A DNA stretch of 64,000 nt, from NCBI GenBank assembly GCA_036337435.1, contig JAYZEG010000001.1, forward strand, positions 64,001 to 128,000, written 5' to 3'. This document shows positions 30,679-40,864 of this stretch, piece after piece. The position numbers and the translations under genes were made by a program. Source of the stretch: Myxococcota bacterium. Its GTDB lineage: Bacteria > Myxococcota_A > Bradymonadia > UBA7976 > UBA1532. Each line of letters starts with the position of its first letter. Positions within the stretch are counted from its first letter, which is position 1. The notes beneath the pieces were generated by a model. It worked only from the letters and a program-made list of their open reading frames with translations. It did not search any database and was not told the DNA's origin.

Positions 30679-31411
30679 GAACGGTCAGACCTCCCCAGAG
30701 GTAAGTATCGTTATACCCGTGTACAATGAAGAGGGAATCCTGTCGGCGAGCTTGTCGGACTTGGTTCGGCAGCTGGGTCACGAATCCCTCGATTACGAAA
30801 TCATCGTAGCAGAAAACGGGTCGACGGACCGGACCGTAGAAATCGCGAGTGCCTTCGCGGAAGACCATGAGCAGGTCCGCTTCTTCAGTATTGGGGAGCC
30901 AAATTATGGAAAAGCGTTGCGCGAAGGGATCAGACAAGCCCGAGGGGAATTCGTGATCTGTGATGAGATCGACCTGTGCGACGTGGCGTTTTACCGAGAA
31001 GCACTTCCGCACTTACGGGATGGGTGCGACCTGGTCGTGGGCAGTAAAAGAGCACCGGGCGCACGGGATCGACGACCAGCCTATCGGAGGTTCGCAACTC
31101 AAATTCTCAATGGCATGCTGAGGGTCGCCGTCGGGTTCAAGGGCACGGACACCCATGGGCTAAAAGCGTTTCGTCGCGAAGCATTACTCGGTGTCGTCAA
31201 TGACTGCGTGGTCGATAAAGACATGTTTGCAAGCGAGTTTGTGGTACGAACCCACCGCTCCGACCACTCCTGGATGGAAGTTCCCATCGACCTCGTTGAG
31301 AAACGACCACCGTCTGTTCACTTATTTCGACGCGTCCCAAATGTGTTGAAAAATATTGTCAGACTAACAGCGATTATTCGGCTTGGTCGCGATCTTCCGA
31401 AACGGCGATGA
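30665..31411 (+). CDS. Glycosyltransferase family 2 (polyprenol-phosphate glycosyltransferase-like)
   Basis: SIVIPVYNEE, ENGSTDRT, NYGKALREG, LVVGSKR, DTHGLKAFRR. Confidence 0.92.
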   Translation: MTKAKNGQTSPEVSIVIPVYNEEGILSASLSDLVRQLGHESLDYEIIVAENGSTDRTVEIASAFAEDHEQVRFFSIGEPNYGKALREGIRQARGEFVICDEIDLCDVAFYREALPHLRDGCDLVVGSKRAPGARDRRPAYRRFATQILNGMLRVAVGFKGTDTHGLKAFRREALLGVVNDCVVDKDMFASEFVVRTHRSDHSWMEVPIDLVEKRPPSVHLFRRVPNVLKNIVRLTAIIRLGRDLPKRR

Positions 31412-32325
31412 CCATCAAGACAGCCAGTGTCGGTGTAGACGTCGACAGCCTACACCATTATTACCGTATCCATGGACTTGAAGAATCAAAAGCAAGCAAC
31501 GCTGCATGGGATGTTGGCGTCAGCCGCTTCCTTGAGCTCTTCGATGAACTGGGCATCCAAGCGACATTCTACTGCATTGGTGAAGATCTCGAACTTGGTG
31601 AAAACCAAAAACGAATTCGAGAGGTCGCCGACCTAGGACATGAAATTGGAAATCATTCGCTCAATCATCGATACGATTTAACCCAGCTAAATCGAGACGC
31701 CATGTTGGTTGAAGTGGCTCGTAGCAGGGCCGTTTTAGGCGAGGCTGCGGGTGCGGATGTCGTTGGCTTCCGGTCACCCGGATACAATACCAATCAACAA
31801 CTGCTCGAGGTTGTTGAAGAGTCCGGTCACACCTATGACTCAAGCGTCTTTCCATGTGTTCCCTATTTTCTGGCCAAGGCCTCTGTCATGGCCTGGTTGG
31901 CCGCACGCGGAAAACCATCGAAGAGCATTCTGGGCACTCCGAAAGTTCTTGTTGCCCCAAAGCAGCCCTATCGAATGAATGCTCGTAATCCCTATCGACG
32001 AAGTGCCAAAGGATTGCTTCAGTTTCCGATTTCAGTGTTCACTGGATATCCATTGATTGGGACGGCATTCACAGCCCTGGGTCAGGTCAGCTCAACTCTA
32101 GTTGCGAAAACAGCGGCCAAATTTCAGTCTCATCTGACTTTAGAATTCCACGCAGTCGATCTTTTGGGTTTAACAGAAGATGGCCTCGATGAGCGCCTTG
32201 CGGTACAACCAGATCTCAAAGTCGGTGTTGAGCGGAAGAAAAACATCTTCAAGAGTGTTCTCAGCGCTGTCTCAAAGAGTCACAAATTCGAGAGATTAGA
32301 TCATCTATCAAGTCGATTTGAATGA
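31408..32325 (+). CDS. Polysaccharide deacetylase (NodB/CE4-like)
   Basis: VDVD, ATFYCIG, GHEIGNHSLNH, GFRSPGY, YDSS motifs. Confidence 0.9.
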   Translation: MTIKTASVGVDVDSLHHYYRIHGLEESKASNAAWDVGVSRFLELFDELGIQATFYCIGEDLELGENQKRIREVADLGHEIGNHSLNHRYDLTQLNRDAMLVEVARSRAVLGEAAGADVVGFRSPGYNTNQQLLEVVEESGHTYDSSVFPCVPYFLAKASVMAWLAARGKPSKSILGTPKVLVAPKQPYRMNARNPYRRSAKGLLQFPISVFTGYPLIGTAFTALGQVSSTLVAKTAAKFQSHLTLEFHAVDLLGLTEDGLDERLAVQPDLKVGVERKKNIFKSVLSAVSKSHKFERLDHLSSRFE

Positions 32326-32728
32326 AGGGTTTACCATGAAATTAAACCTGTATTTCGCCGGTATCACCATCACCAGTCTCTTGCTCGCTGGCTGCGGCTT
32401 GGTCTCGGAAGTCAGCCACTATCAACCCCGCTCAGCCAAATCAGCCGCCCGGGCATTTAGCGATGCCTTTAATGCAAAGCAACAACGGCAAATCGCCCTG
32501 CTCATTCACCCGGCGCGCCGGGATATTTTCGAAGAAAACCGAGTCAGAGAGCGGAACCGAATCAAGACGTGGCGCCTTGTCAGATTCACCATCGGCGATG
32601 CTGTGATGGTCCGCAGAGGCCTGCCTGGACGAGCCGTTCGCTTCGAATATCACGATGGACGACGCTCAAATGTCGTAGACGGGTCAGTCGTCAAAGTTAA
32701 AGATCAGTGGTGGATATGGCATTACTGA
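32318..32728 (+). CDS. Hypothetical lipoprotein
   Basis: LLLAG-C lipobox; overlaps both neighbours in the operon; start may be 32336. Confidence 0.7.
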   Translation: MNEGFTMKLNLYFAGITITSLLLAGCGLVSEVSHYQPRSAKSAARAFSDAFNAKQQRQIALLIHPARRDIFEENRVRERNRIKTWRLVRFTIGDAVMVRRGLPGRAVRFEYHDGRRSNVVDGSVVKVKDQWWIWHY

Positions 32729-34557
32729 CACTGACAGTGATTCTAGGCCAATTCGCTCCGCTTATTGGACATGATGCGTCCAGACGTTTCTGCACGGGCG
32801 CGTGCTCTGAACTCCAAGGGTTCTCACATCTGGCACCGGCCGATCTGACAACCCGACCCGTCGCCCATCAACCGGTGGCGGTCGCATCGCCAAAGGATGT
32901 TCGGCCAAACCTCAAAAGCCTCCGAGTCGACATTGTTCTCAATGAGACCGTCCGAAGCCATATTCGGAAGTTCACACAAGGGCGAGGTCGATACACATTT
33001 GCGGGCTGGTATGCACGCATGGGACGATATGAGGTCATGATGAGATCAATTCTGGAGGGCCATGGATTGCCACCAGAAATTATCTACATTTGTATGATCG
33101 AAAGCGGGTTTTCTCCAGATGCTGTGTCACGTGCAGGTGCTGTGGGTCCATGGCAATTCATGCCCGATGCAGGTCGTGTGTATGGTCTGCGCCATGATGA
33201 TTGGGTCGATGAGCGGCGAGATCCTGTCAAAGCAACCCATGCCGCAGCAAAATTACTGAAAGACCTGCATCAACGTTTTGGTACGTGGCCCTTAGCATTT
33301 GCCGCGTACAACGCGGGCCCGGGTGCAATCATTGGCCCCATCCGTCGGAATGGAACGAACGATTTTTGGCGACTTGTGGAATTAGGAGCAATTCCCAAAG
33401 GGGCTGCATGGTATGCATCACGCGCCATGGCGGCGATGGTTGTCGGTCATAACATCGAACTCTACGGGTTCGATAAAGTGAGAAAAGCCAAAGCGATTGA
33501 TCCGGTACGTGTCGATGTACCCGGTGGCGTCGATTTGGCTGCTATCGCTCGGAAGATTGGGATGAAACGGAGCCAGCTAGCAGATTTAAATCCGGAACTC
33601 CGCCGCGGATTTACGCCCACCTATCCCAGCGGATATGCCCTCAATGTACCTCGGTCTAAAGCCAAACGATTGATGGACAAAGTCGTCGATTTGGAGAAGC
33701 GGAAAACACGTGTTTATCAACCCTACATCGTTCGCTTTGGAGAGCGTTTAAGCGACATTGCCTATCGCTTTCAAACCACTCGATCGACGCTCATCGCATT
33801 GAACAATATCCCGAACCAAGAGCCATCTGCTGGGCTGGAGATCATGGTCCCTCGCAGAGTTCCAAGGGCCGATCGGGTATCAAAACTATCGGTGCTCCAA
33901 GACCCTAAAATTCAGTTCAATTATCCGAATCGACAGCTGGCATACTTCCCTGTGCGACGCCATTTATCCCTGGTTGAGATCGCCGCTTTCTTCGACGTAT
34001 CCACAGGGATGCTCTCGATGTGGAACGGACTCGACCCCAATCTGCCGGTCCAGCGAGGCATGGTCTTGAGGGTCTACTTGAAAAAAGGATTCGACCGAAG
34101 TCGCGCTCTCTTGGTCAATCCAAGCTCTTTGACGAAGGTTGAAGCAGGCACGCCAGGTGCCCAAGCAACCCTGCGGTTTCTTCGCTCATCTCGCTCCGAG
34201 AATCGGACCATCAAATTACACACCATCAAACGGGGCGACAATCTCCGCAAAATTGCACGGAAATATAAAGTTGATCGCGATGCGATTCGCGCGGTCAACG
34301 GAGGGAAAAAACGAATCCGCATGGTGGTCGGCAAAACCATTCGGATTCCGGTGAGCGATGCAGGCCGGCCCAGAGGCAAAGCGGCAAAGCGGAGACCCAA
34401 GGTAGAGATACGTGGCAAGCGCTACACCGTCAAGAAGGGTGACACCCTGTCCAAAATCGCTAAGAAATTTGGCGTGGGTCTGAAGGCGCTCAGGAAAAAG
34501 AATCGAATTGATAAGCGGGGCCGCATCCGCATCGGCCAAGAATTGGTCATGCCATAA
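32707..34557 (+). CDS. MltD-like lytic transglycosylase with multiple LysM domains
   Basis: IES, AVGPWQF, ERRDP, AAYNAG SLT motifs; four clear LysM repeats (e.g. YTVKKGDTLSKIAKKFGV) plus one LysM-like linker. Confidence 0.93.
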   Translation: MVDMALLTLTVILGQFAPLIGHDASRRFCTGACSELQGFSHLAPADLTTRPVAHQPVAVASPKDVRPNLKSLRVDIVLNETVRSHIRKFTQGRGRYTFAGWYARMGRYEVMMRSILEGHGLPPEIIYICMIESGFSPDAVSRAGAVGPWQFMPDAGRVYGLRHDDWVDERRDPVKATHAAAKLLKDLHQRFGTWPLAFAAYNAGPGAIIGPIRRNGTNDFWRLVELGAIPKGAAWYASRAMAAMVVGHNIELYGFDKVRKAKAIDPVRVDVPGGVDLAAIARKIGMKRSQLADLNPELRRGFTPTYPSGYALNVPRSKAKRLMDKVVDLEKRKTRVYQPYIVRFGERLSDIAYRFQTTRSTLIALNNIPNQEPSAGLEIMVPRRVPRADRVSKLSVLQDPKIQFNYPNRQLAYFPVRRHLSLVEIAAFFDVSTGMLSMWNGLDPNLPVQRGMVLRVYLKKGFDRSRALLVNPSSLTKVEAGTPGAQATLRFLRSSRSENRTIKLHTIKRGDNLRKIARKYKVDRDAIRAVNGGKKRIRMVVGKTIRIPVSDAGRPRGKAAKRRPKVEIRGKRYTVKKGDTLSKIAKKFGVGLKALRKKNRIDKRGRIRIGQELVMP

Positions 34558-34561
34558 AGCC

Positions 34562-35794
34562 ATGATCAGCATCGATACCGCACAGTCCATCATCCTTCAT
34601 CACCTTCAGGCACTGGACGAAGAGAACTCACCGCTCGTAGACAGTATCGGCAGGGTCTTATCGTCCGATCTCACCGCAAACTACACATTGCCTGGTTGGG
34701 ACAACTCGGCAATGGATGGCTTTGCCGTCCGATTTTCCGATTTAAGCGGTCCAGACCCAATCTTAATCATCTCCGATGAAATCGCTGCCGGCGATGGATC
34801 TGAAAGACCCTTTAAAGCCCAAACGGCCGTTCGAATCTTCACGGGCGCACCGGTCCCGCCGGGTGCTGACACGGTCGTTATACAAGAAAACTGTCGTGTC
34901 CAAGAGAATCGGGTTTGCATCCACACGAAACCCAACTTGGGTGCAAACATTCGCAAACGCGGCTCAGATCTAGACATGGGCGACATCTATCTGAAAAAAG
35001 GTCGAGTCCTCACGGCTGGTGACATCAGTCTGGCTGCATCTCAAGGACGGGACTGGCTGCCAGTACATCGTCGAGCATCGGTCGCGATCGTCACGACGGG
35101 CAACGAACTCATTGAACCAAAAGAAGCACCACCGGCACGTGGACAAGTCGTAGATGGAAATTCAATCGCGCTGGCAGGCTGTGTCCAGGAAATGGGCGGT
35201 TTACCACATAGACTCGGCTCACTTATCGACGACGCTGACCTCATTTATGAAAAATTAAATGAATTAAAAACAGACATTGTGATCACGACCGGTGGTGCCA
35301 GTGTCGGGAAATTTGATCACGTTGCAGCGACAATAGAGCGGCTCTGTCAGGCAGGCTTCGGCTTTAATAAAGTCGCAGTTAAACCAGGTAAGCCTGTGAT
35401 CTTCGGACGCAGAGGTCGACAGCTTTTCTTCGGTCTACCCGGAAATCCGGTCAGCGCATTAGTCGCATTCGAACTCTTCGTTCGACCTGCGTTGCGTCAA
35501 CTACATGGGCATCGTTCTATTTTCAAAGCACCCATTGATGCCACCCTCGATGCGCCCCTTAAATCGGGCGGCCGACGGGTCGAATATAGACGAGGCCGTT
35601 GCTGGAATAGAGCAGGCCAACGAGTTGTTCGTGTCGAGGACAAGCAATCCAGTGGTGCGCTCACAAGCATCGCAGGACAGGACGTTCTGGTGCGAGTTGA
35701 TGTGGGCCAAACGGCATTGATGGCTGGCACGACAATTCAAGTTTTGCCACTCAATGATGAGTTTGGTTACACTGAAGAGTTCAAATCAGGCTGA
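34562..35794 (+). CDS. moeA: Molybdopterin molybdotransferase MoeA
   Basis: NSAMDGFAV, IFTGAPVP, TTGNEL, TGGASVG, KPGKP, GLPGNPVSA. Confidence 0.96.
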   Translation: MISIDTAQSIILHHLQALDEENSPLVDSIGRVLSSDLTANYTLPGWDNSAMDGFAVRFSDLSGPDPILIISDEIAAGDGSERPFKAQTAVRIFTGAPVPPGADTVVIQENCRVQENRVCIHTKPNLGANIRKRGSDLDMGDIYLKKGRVLTAGDISLAASQGRDWLPVHRRASVAIVTTGNELIEPKEAPPARGQVVDGNSIALAGCVQEMGGLPHRLGSLIDDADLIYEKLNELKTDIVITTGGASVGKFDHVAATIERLCQAGFGFNKVAVKPGKPVIFGRRGRQLFFGLPGNPVSALVAFELFVRPALRQLHGHRSIFKAPIDATLDAPLKSGGRRVEYRRGRCWNRAGQRVVRVEDKQSSGALTSIAGQDVLVRVDVGQTALMAGTTIQVLPLNDEFGYTEEFKSG

Positions 35795-35840
35795 CATCGA
35801 CCCACATCAGATGTTATGAGCGGCTTACGACGAGTAGGGA

Positions 35841-37997
35841 GTGATTATGTATCGCAGCGCATTTACGAGTATTCTATTGGTTTGCATCTGCTCAATGGGA
35901 CAGGCTGAACGGTCTAATTATGGTTATAATTTCGCCTCGAACCTGCCCTTTGCGCATATCATTAATTCGGGTCCCGTGGCCGACGCCAGCCAAATCGGTT
36001 TTGCGAAGTATGCACGCGACTTGTCTGGTAAGTGGAAGACAGGTGTAACTCATAAAAACCGGTCAGCGGCCTACATACCCGGCTTGCAGAGTCACCTGTG
36101 GTTGCCCACAGGCGGACATTTGAGCAATCAGGATCTGGCGATCGAGTTCATGATCGACCCCCTAGGGTCGGACCAAAGACTAGATATTTTCGTCGCCGGC
36201 AAGAAAATCGGACACAAAGTGCTCAAGCCAGGCTGGCAAACCCACACCATTAAGGTGCCCAATAATTTGGTTAAAAAATCTGACCTCCATGTGAGGCTTC
36301 ATTTTCGACGAACCGTTGCTCATCGCGGTCGAAAAACCGCCGCAGCCCTCCGCTATATGCGCCTAAAATCCGCGACATCTCCAGAGCTCCCCATCGACGA
36401 GTCATCACTGAAAAATGTACTTAACATCGGCGATCTCACGGCCATCCGAATCTCACGGCAAACTGGCCTTGACTGGTACTTGGTTCCAGTAAAGGGTAAT
36501 CGCTTTACCGCAAATTCAACCGGCAGCCCCGTACAAATTTGGGCTCAAACAGATGGATCAAAGCCCAAGAAGCTCTCTCAGGGAACCACGCTCGATGTCG
36601 ATCTGTCACGCTACGCAAACAAAGCCGTTCGAATCATGCTTAGGAGTGCTGGGGACGCAACCATTCAAGGCGCACAGTTGACGGGCGGAACCCCGGGGGC
36701 GCCGAGCATCAATAAAGCACCTAAGCATGTGGTGTTTTGGCTGATCGACACGCTCCGGGCAGACAAACTCTCAGTCTACAAACAACGCAACGCAAATCGC
36801 CGCCCAAAACCCAGAACGCCTCATCTTGAGGCTCTGGCAAAAGAAGGCACAGTCTTCCAGAACTTCTGGGTTCAAGGCAATGAGTCAAAGGCCAGCCATG
36901 CGAGCCTGTTTACAGGGACATATCCTGCCGTTCATCGGGTGATTAATCACAAAGCAAACCTGCCAGGCAAACTCACGACCATCGCAGAAGCTTTCACAAC
37001 CCAGGGCTATCTCAGCGGCGGCTATGTCAGCAATGGCTATATCAGTCAAAAATGGAACTTTGCTCAGGGCTTCAACAAGAAAGTCTTCGTCAATAACATC
37101 CGAAAAAGCAGAGCCAATAATGCGAGAGCCATCTTGCGACAGGCCAAATCATTTATCGATAGATACAAAACCAAGCCCTTTTATCTCTATCTGGGTACGT
37201 CGGACCCCCACGTCACATACCGACGCCACAAAAACCTGATTAAACGCTATGACAACAAACCGTATTCAGGCCTATACCAAAAGAGTCTCACAGGAACGGA
37301 ATTAGGTGAAATCAAGAGCCGCAAGACACCACCATCCAAGCGGGATCAAACACGGATCGAGGCTCTGTATGAAAATGAAATCGAATTTAACGATATCCAT
37401 TTTGGCAAGCTGGTCGCACACCTGAAGGCCGCCGGTATCTATGATGACACGATGATCATCGTGTCGTCCGACCACGGGGATGAATTTTGGGAACATGGGT
37501 CATGTGGTCACGGACAGAGTTTGCATCAAGAACTCATCAGCGTGCCGCTCATTATCAAAATGCCCGGTTGGTTTCCAAAAGGTAAAAGGGTCTATTTTGG
37601 GACCGATGGAGTCGATTTGCTACCCACCATCCAGCGGGTACTCGGACAAACGCCAGCCGGCGATATTCAAGGGGAGGATGTCCTTGGGAAAGTCTGGTCA
37701 AAGGGACCGATTTATCCCATCGCTCAGGTGGCGAGCATGGGCGTGAAGAAATATGCGCTGCAGGTCGGCCCAGCCAAAGTGATCATGGCCGGACCCAGTG
37801 CGCTCAGCGTGTATGATACGGGCAACGATCCGGCCGAACAAAAGAACGTACTCAAAACCAAACCGATCTTGGTACGCGCCGCCATGGATCCTTTAGCGAT
37901 ATTCGCGCCTCGGGCATCAAAATGGAAAAAGAAGACCTGGGGTGCTGCAAACAACCTGGATCATCAATTTACTCGAGATAACGCGGGCCAGAAATGA
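35841..37997 (+). CDS. Exported sulfatase-fold (alkaline phosphatase superfamily) protein, atypical active site
   Basis: IDTLRAD, SHASLFTG, DPH, SDHGDEFWEHG, VPLII motifs; about 290-aa N-terminal beta-rich extension. Confidence 0.88.
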   Translation: MIMYRSAFTSILLVCICSMGQAERSNYGYNFASNLPFAHIINSGPVADASQIGFAKYARDLSGKWKTGVTHKNRSAAYIPGLQSHLWLPTGGHLSNQDLAIEFMIDPLGSDQRLDIFVAGKKIGHKVLKPGWQTHTIKVPNNLVKKSDLHVRLHFRRTVAHRGRKTAAALRYMRLKSATSPELPIDESSLKNVLNIGDLTAIRISRQTGLDWYLVPVKGNRFTANSTGSPVQIWAQTDGSKPKKLSQGTTLDVDLSRYANKAVRIMLRSAGDATIQGAQLTGGTPGAPSINKAPKHVVFWLIDTLRADKLSVYKQRNANRRPKPRTPHLEALAKEGTVFQNFWVQGNESKASHASLFTGTYPAVHRVINHKANLPGKLTTIAEAFTTQGYLSGGYVSNGYISQKWNFAQGFNKKVFVNNIRKSRANNARAILRQAKSFIDRYKTKPFYLYLGTSDPHVTYRRHKNLIKRYDNKPYSGLYQKSLTGTELGEIKSRKTPPSKRDQTRIEALYENEIEFNDIHFGKLVAHLKAAGIYDDTMIIVSSDHGDEFWEHGSCGHGQSLHQELISVPLIIKMPGWFPKGKRVYFGTDGVDLLPTIQRVLGQTPAGDIQGEDVLGKVWSKGPIYPIAQVASMGVKKYALQVGPAKVIMAGPSALSVYDTGNDPAEQKNVLKTKPILVRAAMDPLAIFAPRASKWKKKTWGAANNLDHQFTRDNAGQK

Positions 37998-38860
37998 AAC
38001 AAATCAATGCGGTTGTGTTGCTAGCGACGTTAGGCCTGCTGGTCTTGACGAATGTCGCGACCGGCCAGGGCAGTGTCGTCGACAATCCCCGCGGCGTCGC
38101 CATGGGTGCTTTGTCGGCCGACGCCATCGGAACAAGTGGTATCATCCACAACCCGGCTGGCTTGAGCCGTGCTTACGTCTACCAAATCGACCTTGTCTAC
38201 CTGCGGAATGATCCCGGGAAGTTGAATATCACGGGTGTCAATATCGCCGATTCAAAATCTCAACCTGTTCTCGCGGCCGGCCTCAGCTATGGATTTCACT
38301 CCACAGACAAAGGGTCAGAGTTTGAACAAAAAGGACATGATGCTCGCTTGGGGTTCTCCCATCCAGCGATTCCAGACAAATTGCACCTCGGCGTCGGATT
38401 GCGGTACTTGGAAATCGAGCGAAGTGCGGACGACCTACAAGGTTTCACGGTTGACGCCGGTCTCATATTTAGTGCCACGAAGGGCTTTCACATCGGCTTG
38501 GTCGGAAAAAACTTAGTCGACCTTGATGACCCAATGGCGCCGAGACAAGCGGGCGGTGGGTTTGCGTTTACTGGAGATGCAGTCACACTCACAACAGATG
38601 TTCTCATCGACTTTAACCGTCATATCGACGGTCCAAAGCCCATCTTCGCAACCGGTTTAGAAGGTCTTATGGGTGATGCGATTCCCATTCGCATCGGCTA
38701 CACGAACGACCGAGTAACGGCGCATCAATTCATAGGCGGAGGCCTCGGCTTTATCGTACGCGAAGGGGGCGGTAACGGGCAGCTCATGCTCGCCTACCGA
38801 CATAACCTAACGGAAACGTCTAACTATACATTCGGCATTGGCCTGACCATGTTTTTGTAG
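37994..38860 (+). CDS. FadL/PorV-like outer-membrane beta-barrel protein
   Basis: Signal peptide; RGVAMG...HNPAGL plug motif; amphipathic strands ending FGIGLTMFL. Confidence 0.75.
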   Translation: MKQINAVVLLATLGLLVLTNVATGQGSVVDNPRGVAMGALSADAIGTSGIIHNPAGLSRAYVYQIDLVYLRNDPGKLNITGVNIADSKSQPVLAAGLSYGFHSTDKGSEFEQKGHDARLGFSHPAIPDKLHLGVGLRYLEIERSADDLQGFTVDAGLIFSATKGFHIGLVGKNLVDLDDPMAPRQAGGGFAFTGDAVTLTTDVLIDFNRHIDGPKPIFATGLEGLMGDAIPIRIGYTNDRVTAHQFIGGGLGFIVREGGGNGQLMLAYRHNLTETSNYTFGIGLTMFL

Positions 38861-38878
38861 CCGTTTTGAGTCGAGATA

Positions 38879-39454
38879 ATGTCTGAAAATGCCTCCAAAA
38901 ACCGAGACCATGACTTTCGCCGGTTCTTAAAAAACATCGCGTTTACCGGGTTGGCCCTGGTTTTTATATTCATCATCACCCGGCCAGATGGTGGACCACA
39001 ACTCGGATCAATGGCCCCCGATTTTAAAACCCAAACACTCACGAGACAAGCGGTCTCCCTCGACCAATACAAAGGACAGGTGGTCGTTTTAGATTTCTGG
39101 GCGACCTGGTGTGCACCCTGCCGTAAGACCCTGCCAGCACTCCAAATTCTGCACAAACGCTATCAAAACAGTGACCGTGTCCAGATCTTGTCGGTCAGTA
39201 TCGACTCGGCACCCAACTTGGCGCGCTATGTCGGCGCCTTTATGAAGCAGAACCAGTACAGTTTCCCAGTGATCCTAGATCCCAGCCGGGCCCTTGCGTC
39301 TCGATATAAAGTCAAGACGGTACCTACGATGGTTGTCATCGATAAATCCGGTGCCGTGTCCACCGTGCAAATCGGCTTGCTCAGCCCCCGAGTTAACCAA
39401 CTCATCGACCACATCGAAAAAGCCATCGCACAAGCAGAAGATTCCTCCAGCTAG
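38879..39454 (+). CDS. TlpA-family thiol-disulfide oxidoreductase
   Basis: N-terminal TM, APDF, DFWATWCAPC, VPT cis-Pro loop. Confidence 0.94.
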   Translation: MSENASKNRDHDFRRFLKNIAFTGLALVFIFIITRPDGGPQLGSMAPDFKTQTLTRQAVSLDQYKGQVVVLDFWATWCAPCRKTLPALQILHKRYQNSDRVQILSVSIDSAPNLARYVGAFMKQNQYSFPVILDPSRALASRYKVKTVPTMVVIDKSGAVSTVQIGLLSPRVNQLIDHIEKAIAQAEDSSS

Positions 39455-39544
39455 CGTCGAGCCGAGCGGGAGGAATTGAACCTAAGATGACTGGTCTCCC
39501 AAGAGCGAGGGACAGACAAGCCTAAGTTATGATATCGTCATCGC

Positions 39545-40864
39545 GTGAAACACTCGTCGACAAGATTCAACTCGATCGCTTTTTTGACATCGGCCATCCT
39601 CTTGTCCGTGTGGCCATGCTTTGCCAACCCTTTCTATATCGGTCGTTTTGATGGTTTGCGGAGCGGGGCCCTGAATCAAAGTGCCTTTTCAACCTATTGG
39701 AATCCAGCCGGATTAACCACCCAAGACACGCGGCTCAACTTGCATTTACTCGGTGTGAATCGGAGCGCGAGTTTTGACCGTTATGCTGAGGAAAATAATG
39801 TCCCAGACGAGTTCAAAGAGGCAAACGCAGGCGAAAACACCACGGGCGCATTTGGGCTGGTTCCCTCAGCGGCAATTGCTCATGGAATGAACCTGGGGGA
39901 TTTTGATCTAGGCGTCGGGCTCGCTTGGTTTATTGATCGAGCAGGAAAAACCAAATGGAAGAAAAATTTAGCGGCACCTGCCGAATTTCCGGGTGCCATT
40001 GATGGTCCCCAGCGGTGGGCCACCATCAATACCCAACTCTTGATCATGAGCACGGGGCTCGGCATGGGCGTCGGATACCGTCCATGGGGACTGAGCATCG
40101 GCGTCACACCAGTCTTTAATTATACACGTCTCAGTACCGTCCGTGCCCGGAACCCTGACAGCGGCGATCGACTAATCGATGAGTCAGGAGGCCTAGCCGA
40201 AGGCCGCATTCTATTCGAAAATGGGGAGGCTTCTGCACTCTCGTGGATCGTGGGAACTCGTTGGCAACCATCACCAAATTGGGGTTTTGGCGTAAGCTGG
40301 AGTTCGGGTATCTCCTATGATGTGAAAGGACAAGTTCATATCTCCTTTGGTCGGGCCGATGAAACCCATGCGAATGCGCGCTTCGACTTACCCGTTCCAC
40401 AAAGCGTTCGCCTTGAATTGGGGATGGACTTCGGAACCATGATAACGCTGCGGCCCCAAGTGACCTGGACTGAATGGTCGGTTTTCGAGAAACAAGAGGC
40501 TGTTAATATCGAAAATGATGAAGTCTTGCTCAGCCAGGAGCGGAACTTTGACGATGTCATTAGTTATCGCTTGGCATGCGATTTAGCCATCAATCAAAGA
40601 TTAACTCTTCATACAACCGGTCAATTTGAACACGGCGCAACACCCGTGGACACGTTTGAGCCCGGTTTGGCAGAATCGAACAATTGGGAACTCGGACTGG
40701 GCGCATCGGTTCAGCTCACCGAGGCAGTAGACTTGTCGGTGAGCTTTACATGGCAACAATTTGTCGATGTTGAGGTGAGAAACAGCGTTCAACAACCCAC
40801 GATGAATGGTTTTTATACCGATGCACGCCAATACATCACTGTCGATCTCGAGGTTTCGCTATGA
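39545..40864 (+). CDS. OmpP1/FadL/TodX family outer-membrane transporter
   Basis: Signal peptide, YWNPAGL plug motif, WTEWSVF, long run of amphipathic beta-strands. Confidence 0.85.
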   Translation: MKHSSTRFNSIAFLTSAILLSVWPCFANPFYIGRFDGLRSGALNQSAFSTYWNPAGLTTQDTRLNLHLLGVNRSASFDRYAEENNVPDEFKEANAGENTTGAFGLVPSAAIAHGMNLGDFDLGVGLAWFIDRAGKTKWKKNLAAPAEFPGAIDGPQRWATINTQLLIMSTGLGMGVGYRPWGLSIGVTPVFNYTRLSTVRARNPDSGDRLIDESGGLAEGRILFENGEASALSWIVGTRWQPSPNWGFGVSWSSGISYDVKGQVHISFGRADETHANARFDLPVPQSVRLELGMDFGTMITLRPQVTWTEWSVFEKQEAVNIENDEVLLSQERNFDDVISYRLACDLAINQRLTLHTTGQFEHGATPVDTFEPGLAESNNWELGLGASVQLTEAVDLSVSFTWQQFVDVEVRNSVQQPTMNGFYTDARQYITVDLEVSL

